Shown here piece by piece: positions 53,040 to 64,000 of a stretch of DNA of 64,000 nt. Both the position numbers and the translations under genes were made by a program. Every line of letters begins with the position of its first letter. Position 1 is the first letter of the stretch. The DNA is from Chrysomallon squamiferum (lineage: Eukaryota > Animalia > Mollusca), in NCBI GenBank assembly GCA_012295275.1, contig CM022675.1, forward strand, positions 3,968,001 through 4,032,000. The letters run 5' to 3'. The notes beneath the pieces are model-generated. The model ran no database searches and had not been told where the DNA came from. It saw only the letters and a program-made list of their open reading frames with translations.

Positions 53040-53834
53040 ACGAATATTTTTCTTTTTTTTCTTTTTTCCTTAAAGTATTATTGTTTTTATATGTTATTTA
53101 TTATTATCACTTTCCAAATATTTACTATTTACTTCTTGAAAAATTAATTTACAGGTATTTTTATTATTATTTTTTTTTTTTTTTTTTTTTTTATTTTTTA
53201 TTTATTTTTTATTTTTTTCCTATCATTGATAGCAGATACGTTTTGCAATTAAACCACAGCACTTTCGAGATATCCACATCAAACTGTAAATTCAAAGCAG
53301 GTATTAACAGGGGTGAATCAAGAGAAATATATTAAAGGTATGTAAACCTTATCCTTATCCTTAAATATTTCAATATTTATTATTAAAACACAATATTCCG
53401 TCTTTACCTCCCCTTGAAAGAAAAAAATAAAAGAAAATAAAAATAAAAATAAAAGAACAAAAGTTCCGCTACAAAATGTATTACGCCCATTATATAATAT
53501 TTACGATAAAGAAGATCAGTTTCATTATATATTTATGTTTTAGAAAAATGAAGGAAATCGCTACTTATCATTCTTTGTCAGTCTAAATCAACTCAGTTAT
53601 TATATTTTGTAATTTTATCACGACTTTTTATTTATTTATTTATTTATTTGACAAATCGTCTAACTGGTATTTTAATATTTTAATATTTAGTTTTAAACAT
53701 TATTGTAAATTCACCATCTTGATGTATAGCTATAATTATGTTACAGACTGCAGTTTTAATCTAACAAAGCTGAGCTCAGTTCAGTTTAAAACCTTTCAGT
53801 ACAAAATGTTTCCACGTGCATTTCGTGATTAGTG

Positions 53835-54230
53835 ATCAGCAATTAATCAGGAAACATTTTCAACATTTTTTTAATTTTATTTTTATTTTTTCTTCCGTTA
53901 TTACTCAGTTGTTATTTGGCTGGTGTCGAGTGAACTGAAATATTTATAACAAAACCCAGACATTTAGCTTTTTCAATTGGATAGCCCTTTATTAAAATAT
54001 AATAAATTATTGTTTATATCAGAATGTTTAGTAACAGTTATACTATTGACAGAAGTTACACAGATTCACTGTAAATAAAATAATAATAGTAAGAAAAGTA
54101 AAAACTAGTAAATAAATAAAATTAAAAAGAACAAAAAAGAAAAAGTTCGTTGGCCCATGTGGGGATCGAACCCACGACATTCGCGTTATTAGCACGACGC
54201 TCTAACCAACTGAGCTAACAGGCCGGACGA
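53835..54230 (-). repeat. Inverted copy of tRNA plus ~320-bp downstream spacer
   Basis: The reverse complement matches 44821-45201 and 51325-51703, e.g. TTCAGTTCACTCGACACCAGCCAAATAACAACTGAGTAATAACGG. Confidence 0.92.
54151..54224 (-). tRNA. tRNA-Ile(AAT)
   Basis: Reverse complement of the consensus 74-mer. Confidence 0.95.
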
Positions 54231-54746
54231 TAATGATCGCTTTAAATTTTACGATGTCATAGATGCAGTGAAAGAACGACAGCTTTAATGCTTTTATTAA
54301 CTAAGAGAATTATTGTTATTAACTTGAACAATTCAAATAGAATTTTCGCTAAAAATATTCAAAATGTACAAAAACTACTTTCTTGTTCTGTAAACTTTGT
54401 TGACGAACTAGATAACTATTTTATTTTTAGTACAATTTGTAGTCCATTTATATCGATTTTCTAACTTGAGTTATTTCCCTTGAACTATTTCGGAATAACT
54501 GTAATTACAGTAGTTCTTACTCTGAACTCCAAGGATTTAGTTGACATTATCAGAGGCGTCATCTTTGATTCCAGAGTTAGCAGCTTGTTACTTATGTACT
54601 TGGAAAATATGTTTATTATAATTATTATTATTTATTTTATTATATTATTTTTCTTTTTCTTTTTCTTTTTTTTTCTTTACTAATTATAATTATTATTATT
54701 TATTTTATTATATTATTTTTATTTTTATTTATTATTAATAGTAGTA

Positions 54747-54815
<69 letters not shown>

Positions 54816-55220
54816 AGTAATTTTGTTTACCAATGACAGTATGAGTGATAGGGTGTGCATGTGTGATAAATAGCCAAAGTTTTCTTGTGACACATATTCC
54901 TATCACTGTCACTACCCATCTAAAACTTTAATACTTTGTGGAATTTTAGCCTTTATAATGTTACATTTGTTAAAAGCAAACGATTGATAAAAGTTTTCCC
55001 TCACTGCACAATGCACACCATTAAAAATATAGTCTTTGTACAGTTTTTTGACATTTTAACAGTTAATTGCTTTGTATTTCCTGTTACAATATTTTTGAAG
55101 AAATTGCCAAGACACGTCAGGCTCATACTTCTCATCAGCACGAAACACATGATGAAAGAAGGGCAGTAACTCTAAATATATCAGTGAACATCTCTCACAC
55201 AATGGCGGTGTTCTTGATAT

Positions 55221-55296
55221 TGAATGAATGATGAATGTTTACGATACCCCAGCATGAAAAACATATTGGATATTTGCTGTCAAATAAAGGTAAATA
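55221..55296 (-). mobile_element. Possible 3'-end relic of a molluscan SINE/LINE-tail repeat
   Basis: TGAATGAATGATGAATGTTTACGATACCCCAGCATGAAAAACATATTGGATATTTGCTGTCAAA resembles, from memory, a (TCAT)n-tailed gastropod interspersed repeat. This cannot be verified here. Confidence 0.3.
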
Positions 55297-55659
55297 AAAC
55301 AATATGGTGATTATTTTATATATTTTATTTAATAAATCTCATCTCCTGACAAACTTTCAACATAATTACATTAAGTTAATTCCTAGTGAAATAAATTTAA
55401 AATTTTATTAAATTATGTTTTTAAGAAAAACGAATAAATTTAGTTTATATTCATTCTGTCTAAATAAAATAACTCTCAGCATTGATTAATTTAAAAAAAA
55501 GTTTTAAAAAATAAATTTGAGAAATCCAAATAAAATAACTCAACAATTTAAAAATAATAATAATAATAACAACAACAACAACAACAACAACAACAATAAT
55601 AATAATAACTATTTATTTATGTTCACAATTTTTATGTAACCACAAAACATTAATTACAG

Positions 55660-55733
55660 GGCCTGTTAGCTCAGTTGGTTAGAGCGTCGTGCTAATAACG
55701 CGAATGTCGTGGGTTCGATCCCCACATGGGCCA
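55660..55733 (+). tRNA. tRNA-Ile(AAT)
   Basis: Consensus 74-mer with unique flanks and a downstream T-run. Confidence 0.95.
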
Positions 55734-55918
55734 GTTATGTTTTATAACATTTTCTTTTTCTTTCAAGTATAAAGAAACTGTTAATTTCTTTAATTAACAT
55801 ACCAGAATGTAGTTTTAATTTATTTTCTCTAGAGGTAGGAAACTTATCCTTTACTCTTTTTTAAGTGTTATGTAAGTGCGGAAGCGTACGTTAAAGTGCG
55901 TATGTGTGTTTGTGTGTT

Positions 55919-55958
<40 letters not shown>

Positions 55959-56636
55959 TTACATCAATACAGATACTTCTAGTGTGGATTTGTATGTGAC
56001 ATTAATGAGGTGAAATATTTTTAAGGTCACGGATTTCAAACATCTATCTATAAACCCGTTGTCTTTTTGTTTCTGCAGAGCACGTGAAAATACGAAAGCT
56101 ATGTCACAGCAAATGTTAGCCATAATTTAACATGAGAGAGGAACGTTCACGGCGAACGAAAGAAGATGTTTACTGCCCCTCGGCTCAACATTTTACACTG
56201 GGAAGCAAGGAAACAGAGAATAGACTCTGATTTTATCAGCTAGTCAGAAACGAGGCGATGGACACGAATTTGAAAGAAAGTCACGTGGGTGTTCAAACAA
56301 GGAAACGAGGCTGGCTTCGTTGAATTCGTCATCCATTTGTTCTAATGTTAGATTATTGAGAGCAAATGTTGTACCACTCGGAAACAAACGACGTCAACAA
56401 ACATTTTAATTTCCAGGCAAACACGACGTCAAATGAACCGCCCCCTCCTCTCCTGGAGAAAACATTGCAGCTTCCTAACACGTTGTTATTGTAGATGTTG
56501 TAGTTGTAGTTGATGATGATGTTGTTTTTTTTTTTTTCTTCTTCTTTCGTTTTTTGACTGGTAAAGTTTAGAGGTTGTGTTTGTTTCGTTCTTGTGATAA
56601 TGGAATTGATATTTTGTTGCTGTAGTTGTTGTGATA

Positions 56637-56674
<38 letters not shown>

Positions 56675-56890
56675 GTTGTTGTTATTATTATTGATTTTAG
56701 AATAATATATATACTTTTTAAATTATTATTCTTTGTCTTGTTTTTGGGAGTTCTTCTACTTGTTATTACTGTTCTTATTACTGTTGTTGTTGTTGCTGTT
56801 TTGCCATTGTCTATGTAAGTGTTAAAAAAAAAAAAAAAATTAATAAATAAGAAGATAAAATAAAATAAGAAAATCAAAAATAAAAAAAAA

Positions 56891-56921
<31 letters not shown>

Positions 56922-57152
56922 GAAAGAAACAAGTAACCATTCCAAAATCCCAGTTTCCTGATTATTCTTCATCTTCGTTTGTTTTCGGCGATACTCGCTG
57001 TTTCATCGGTATATCCAGTTAAACAACGACTAGTTTGTAATGGGTGTCTGTCGTGCGTTATCTCCTGTTTATGGTAAGATACGCATATTTCAGAATACTT
57101 TAAATATTTCAGTCATTCTTCCTTCTCTCATTTATACACACACAGACACACA

Positions 57153-57240
<88 letters not shown>

Positions 57241-57299
57241 ACTATTCCTAAAACGTGTACATACACAAACAAACACAAAATATGCAGTTAGACAACAAA

Positions 57300-57366
<67 letters not shown>

Positions 57367-57479
57367 CTACTGATTTTCTATTTTAAAATAAAAAAAAAAA
57401 AAATAATAATAATAAAAACAGTATAATAATTAAACAGGATTAACAAGCTCAAAATCAGTTTAAAAACAGAAACAAGCAA

Positions 57480-57518
<39 letters not shown>

Positions 57519-57896
57519 TTAGAAACCACCCATATCATAATCTCAATCAAAATAAATACTTTAATTTTAAATAAAATAAAATCCTCTTCATCATCACTGA
57601 CCCTGAAAAAGATAACTTTTCCTGACACTCGCTCTACGCGTTCTTTGTTGTCACCGCGCAGGCTGAGTCTATTTCCAGCTGACGTCATAAACAGACCGTT
57701 GTTCATTAATCTGCTGGAACGCGGAACACACATTAAAGATCAGTCTACTGCAAGGCCTCCGCGGTTTGGTGTCAGTCTATTCAGCTGCAGACGACATATT
57801 TGCACAAAACCGTGTCACTGTGAAGTCTAAATTAAATATTACTGCGTGCGCGGATTAGCGAGGAAAAGGGAACAGAAGTAGGCAGGACCGGTCCTG

Positions 57897-58205
57897 AACT
57901 ATTTACTAAAGATTATATCTCGTGTACTTGATTTATTTAAGGAACTATTTTTAATATCGTATTAATACGAGCTTGACGTCTGAGATTGCCTCTGTGACAA
58001 ACAGATCGTTATTTGAAGAACTATTTTTAATGTATTATTACGAATTTGCCGTCTGACATTGCGCTTTAACAAAGAGATTTTTTATTTATGGAACTATTTT
58101 TGAATTATATTAATACAGAAGAATATCTGATAAAATGAGGAGGGTGTATATTTAAAGAATTATTTTTCTGCTGTATTAATGCGAGGCGGACTTCTGTCAT
58201 TGCTG
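57897..58205. repeat. Old degenerate ~70-75 bp tandem repeat (4-5 units)
   Basis: GAACTATTTTT...TATTAATACGA...CGTCTGA.ATTGC recurs at about 57897, 57942, 58018, 58091 and 58157. Confidence 0.6.
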
Positions 58206-58428
58206 GTGTAATGTGGGGTGTCGCCCGATTCGTAACCGTCTTAGAATTTGATAATCTTTGAAGTCAGGGATTAACTCGGATCATCTGGCCTTTGAATATC
58301 TCAGTGAATAATATCTGACATAATCAGAATAAAAGTTTTCATTCAATTTTTTTTTCTTTTTGGTATCTGTAGTATTGTGTTTATGTCAGGTTTTTATAAA
58401 ATAAATAAATAAATAAATAAATAATAAC

Positions 58429-58460
<32 letters not shown>

Positions 58461-58579
58461 CAACAACAACAACAACACTAATAATAAATTAAATTAATTA
58501 ATTAATAAAGAAACTAGATGAAAAATAGCAGATAAGACTAAGAGATGTAACTGGTTATTATTATTATTATTATTATTAC

Positions 58580-58631
<52 letters not shown>

Positions 58632-58759
58632 TTATTATTATTATTATTATTAATGTATTAAATTTAATCGACCCCCAAGTTATTAAAACAAGAGGATCAC
58701 TGAATTAAAGAATAAATTAATAAATAGTTTAAAGACTACTGAAACAAACAAAACATTTT

Positions 58760-58833
58760 TGGCCTATGTGGGGGTCGAACCCACGACATTCGCGTTATTA
58801 GCACGACGCTCTAACCAACTGAGCTAACAGGCC
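58760..58833 (-). tRNA. tRNA-Ile(AAT)
   Basis: Reverse-complement 74-mer with a GTTCGACC T-loop and a CATAGGCCA end. Confidence 0.95.
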
Positions 58834-59229
58834 TTGCTGTAAAAGGGTGAGCTTACCCTGAAAAGGTAAATGTTTAAAATAGTTCTAATTTTAATCGCGA
58901 CGGCTAAAATACATACTATGATGTTTCATTAACCTCTCGTTTGAAAATAACATTTATTTATTTATTTATTTAAAATATTATTATTATTTATTTTTATTTA
59001 TATTCTTTTTAAATGTAGCCATGAAATTAAATAATCATGTTTTAGAAAAAAAAAATTAGTTAACTGAAAACAGAAAATAAATTTATAATTGATATTTTTT
59101 TTTTTTTTTTTTCTTTTGTTAAAAATATATTAATTAAATATTTAAAAAAAAAAAAAAACAACAAAGGATGCAACAAAACAAAACAAACAAAAAACTCCAA
59201 ACCCCAAAAAAATGCACAAGAAACAATAT

Positions 59230-59264
<35 letters not shown>

Positions 59265-60649
59265 AAAAAAAAAAATGAAAAACCAACCAAAAAAAAACAA
59301 AAAAAAAAAAAAACAAAAAAATAAAAAACAAACTAAAACAACAGAAAAACATTGAAGAAACCCGTTATGAGTTCGAAATAATGTTATATAATATTTATAA
59401 ATCTGCATAACTTCAACAGTATGTGTGTCTGTGTGTGTTGTGTGTATAAATATATAATTACACCCAGTCGAATTTTTTTTAAAAATCCCAGTAAAACTCT
59501 CCTCCTCAAAAAAACGAGAATATAATCAGTACTTAGAGAAGTATAACAAAGGAAATTTGTCAGCAGTCAACAGTGAGAACTGTCGATAATGGAATGTCGA
59601 TGTAAAATTAAAAAAACGTCGAGTTATAAAAAAACTCTTTCAGTTATTGACGACAAATCTTTAATTGTGCCATTAAGAGTGACTTGGCTACACGGAACTT
59701 CCACAAGCACCAATAAAACAATTTACTTTCTGGGAGTCGTCTGCTTTTATGCAACGGAACGTTCATTTGTGAAGCAGTTATTTTCGCCCTGTGATGATTG
59801 GGTATGTAAATTAGTTCAATTTTTTTTAAACTTGCTTCATGTTTCTTTTTCTGTTAAAACTCAAGAAGAAATCGATGACGGAATGAGGAAGTAATAATTA
59901 CATTACTGGATTCCGAATAAATTTCCGACTTTTTCCTGTTTTTTGAATCAATTTATTTATCTTTTTGGGGATTTTATATTTCTGTTACTTTATTTCCTTT
60001 TTCTGAAAGAGAGAACAAAAACAAAGAAATGAAAAGAAAAGAAAGAAAAGAAGAAGTATGAAAGAATGAAAATGAAATCAATTAAAATATGGAAACAATA
60101 TTTAGCTGTTTTTAATCAAATGCCAAACAAATTTTTCAGTCATTCTTTTTTAGATAGGAAAATAGAGATAAATGGACAGATAAAATAAAATAAAATACAT
60201 GACTAAACAAATAATAATAAACAAATAATAAATAATAATAATAACAACAATTATTATTATTATTATTATAAACAACAACAACAAAAATTAAAAATAAAAT
60301 AAAAAAATAAAAAGTAAAAAATAAACAAACAAATAAATAGATGATTAAACAAACAGAAAGACTAAAACACAGATGAACACAACACATTTTAGATAATTTA
60401 CGGCACCTGACCTGGTTTTCAGACACCCAGACACTCATCTTCTCTTTCTTTGTATTAAATAATCCTGCCTCAGTTCTCAGATATAAAACTGTGTGACGTA
60501 AACTGTCTGTGTCGCTTGTCGCGTGCGTCTTTCACGGCGTCAGAATTGCCGTCGTCGTCGTCGTGGTGCGCATATTTTAACGCCGACCAAACAACTTCTT
60601 AGTGTACTGAAAGGTTTACTATTTTTATTTTTATTTTAATTACATTAAG

Positions 60650-60698
<49 letters not shown>

Positions 60699-61125
60699 CA
60701 TTTTTATTAATGTTGCAGTTGTCTTGTTGTTGTTTGTTATCATTATTGCTATAATTATTATTATTATTATCTTCATCATCATCATTAATTATTGTTGTTA
60801 TCATCATCATCATCATCGTCATCATTTTATTATTATTATTATTATTATTAGATTATTATAGACAAAACATTATTATTATTATTATTATTACCTAGTAAAG
60901 AAAAGTAGTAATAGTGTCTTTTTTATCAACAAACAGAAGAAAATAAAACAAACGTAAACGAAAAAAATCCATAGACCTAAAAAAAAAAATAAGAAAAACT
61001 CAAAAATAAATAAATAAACAAAACAAAACAAAATAAATAAACAAAATCCAAATAAAAAAAATAAAATAATAATAATAATAAATAAATAAATAAATAAATA
61101 AGATAGGCAGACAGACAGAATAATA

Positions 61126-61207
<82 letters not shown>

Positions 61208-62067
61208 GGACAGACAGACAGACAGATAGATAGATACATAGATACATTATTACTTATTTAAATCTTCTATTTTGCTAACCTTTGATTTTCAGAATGCACG
61301 AACTGCTATGTCTATCATATAAGAAAAAAATATGCTTCGTTTTCGCTGTTTTTATTTCACCCTTTGTTCCACTCAGTGAAATAACGCAGCGTACAGAAAC
61401 CTCAGATTTTATTCGTTCTTTTTCGTTTTTTACACTTCGACTAACATCGGAAAATGTCGGTACGGAAATACTCAGGCAGGACATGTTTTCATAGTCGTGT
61501 TTACGTGTCAATGACGTCACAGTAAGAACATTACGTAATAAACGCATGTTACGAGAGTGCTCAAATAGCATACGTGATTAAATTATTTCGGATATTCTTT
61601 GTAGATCTCAAAGAAAAGACTGAGAATGAAAGAAATTAGGGATACACTTTTTTAAGATGAAATAACTTACATTATAAACATGAAACAAGTAAAAAGGAAA
61701 ACATAAATAAATAAAAAGAAATATATCTTGTGTATTTGTAATAATACTAATAATACTAATAATACTAATAATACTACTAATAATAATAATAGTAATAATA
61801 ATAATAAAGGATGAAGTCTGAAAATATAATAAACAAAGCTATTTTTAATTAATTTAGAGAGACTATATTTCTAATATTCTCTGGCACCATCAAACAGCAT
61901 CGTTGACGTCGTTTTAAAAAAAAATTAAACGGTAGTACGTTGTCATCACTGTTTAGTTTGTCATCATTGTTTACAATCATTAGAATCAAAATTACGTTAA
62001 AATCAATTAAAAAGCAGGTTATCTGTCTGTATGTCTTTCTGTCTATTTCTCTGTTTGTCTATCAATT

Positions 62068-62177
<110 letters not shown>

Positions 62178-62409
62178 TAGATGATGATGATAGATAGATT
62201 GTCTGATTACTCTCTGTATCAGTCTGTCTCTCTATCTGCTCATCTGTTTCTCTCTAAGATGATGATGATGATGATAATAATAATAATGAAGAAGAAGAAG
62301 AAGAAGGAGAAAAAGTGCAACAAATAATAATAATATTAATTAAAAAAAAAACTCAATAAAATTCCATTCTTCGGATATTTTCAAAAGAAAAAAAAAAAAA
62401 AAAAAAAAT

Positions 62410-62730
62410 CACATGCGTGCTTTAAACGGTTCGAACGCGAGTCATCCAATTTTCCCGTGAACAAACAAAAAAGATGGCGTCGTGACAGCTGACGTGTTCA
62501 CCTTGACAGGCGCTACATTCAGTTTGCACCTGCCAGTGAAAAGACGTCATTGTCTTCTGCTGAAGAACATTTCTCGTGTCTCTGGTTTGAAGAATTTTAC
62601 GAATAACTGACCCGATGCCGAATGCCAGCCGAATAATCGCGAAGAAAAAAAAGTGCTCAAACGGCACGTGCGATTAACGAAATATGATAATGAGTAAACA
62701 AAGTCACGTGATTGAGACGTCATACTTTCT
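62410..62730. promoter_or_regulatory. CpG-rich promoter- or enhancer-like island
   Basis: YY1-type AAGATGGCG (62471-62479), GTCACGTGA (62703-62711) and CRE-like ACGTCA motifs; no associated gene was seen. Confidence 0.3.
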
Positions 62731-64000
62731 GCAGACGAGAGAGAGAGAGAGAGAGGTTAGTGTTAGGTTTTGAAGTTGGAATTGTGTTGTGTTTTATTGA
62801 GTGAAATCAAGAAAAATTAATTTAAATAAGAAGTATTCTTAAAGGTATTATGAAATGAATTAAACCAGAGTTTCGTATTAAAAAATTTAACAATAAAATG
62901 AAATAAGAATATAAATAAATCAACAAACAGGTGACAAAAAATAAAAATAAAAATAAAGGAAAAAAGAAAATCACTATCATGTTGCTGCTGATGATGACAA
63001 CGATGATTTAGAAAATAATAATGACAATGATGAGGAAGAGGATGATAAATCGACTGATACATTTTCAGCATAAAATTTTATCTTTTAGATATGATAGTGC
63101 TCATTTTTTTATATAGAATCTTCATCTCTGTTGTTGTTGTTGTTGTTGTTGTCGTTGTCCCTATCGCTACTGAAAGCTATCTCGCGGTATTCATAAAAAT
63201 TAAAACAACTAAATCATATCTTACTGAATCTTATTTATATAATATCCTTGTTGACGATGTGTAAAATGAAATAAAACAAAATAAAATAAAATAAATTAAA
63301 AGTGAAAGTATAAATAAAAAAACTAAATATTTTATGCGCATCTTACTTTATTTAATAATAAAATCTGATAAACTGACAGATGCAGCAAAACAGCCACTGA
63401 TTTTCTTAATCTTACAAAGTTAGAAGAAGAAGAAGAAGAAGTAGAGCTACAAAAGACAAAAGAAAACAAAACTAAATAAATGATTTAATTAGAAACACGA
63501 ATCACAGCTTGTTATCAGTACACTTTGATACGCAGACAGAAGGTTAAAATAAAATACACAAATACACAAGATGTTGACAAACATATAAAAACACAAAATA
63601 TGTTGACAAACACACAACGTATGCTGACAAATTGACAAATACGTGCTGTCACATTTACCAGAATGGTGTTGACAAATATACAAAGAAGCTGTTACATGTG
63701 TACACAGAACAACGGTGATGAAACATGCACGATGACGTAGTGATGCATATGATGCAAACTGCGACCTTGACGTTGTTGTAGTTGATGTTGACACCTCAGA
63801 GGACGTCGTGAAAAAGCTGAAGAAAGCTAAAGAGATAAATATATCGCTTGTGTGTGTCAACAAGGATATATAAAAATTCTTGTTACAAGAAAGAAAATGT
63901 TTATTTTCTTAAATTACAAAAAAAAACACTGATTAATTTTCTATCATCGCTCTTTGGAAATCAAACATTTAATTTAATGTTTAATTTTCTGGTATCAGTT

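Overview
AT-rich, microsatellite-dense animal genomic DNA (probably a lophotrochozoan or mollusc; this is inference). The left part holds a complete three-exon even-skipped/Evx homeobox gene on the minus strand: CDS 17519-17174, 6826-6666 and 5132-4605, 344 aa, with a C-terminal LFRPF motif. Its introns and about 45 kb of upstream sequence contain many short CpG-rich islands with clustered TCF, Cdx/posterior-Hox, TALE and E-box-like motifs. From 30 to 59 kb there is a single-isoacceptor tRNA-Ile(AAT) cluster with 8 full-length genes, 1 truncated copy and 2 split copies. Each split copy is interrupted after tRNA nt 29 by a 5'-truncated Tx1/L1-clade non-LTR retrotransposon (CCHC ORF1; APE-RT-CCHC ORF2) with a 6-8 bp target-site duplication, which makes it a candidate tRNA-Ile-targeting element. 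The two element copies share a truncation point and several lesions, so they come from one insertion followed by a ~6.65 kb tandem duplication. An empty-site paralog and an inverted donor of one flank lie next to them. A Tigger/pogo-like MITE and a 35-bp minisatellite with higher-order structure sit in Evx intron 1.
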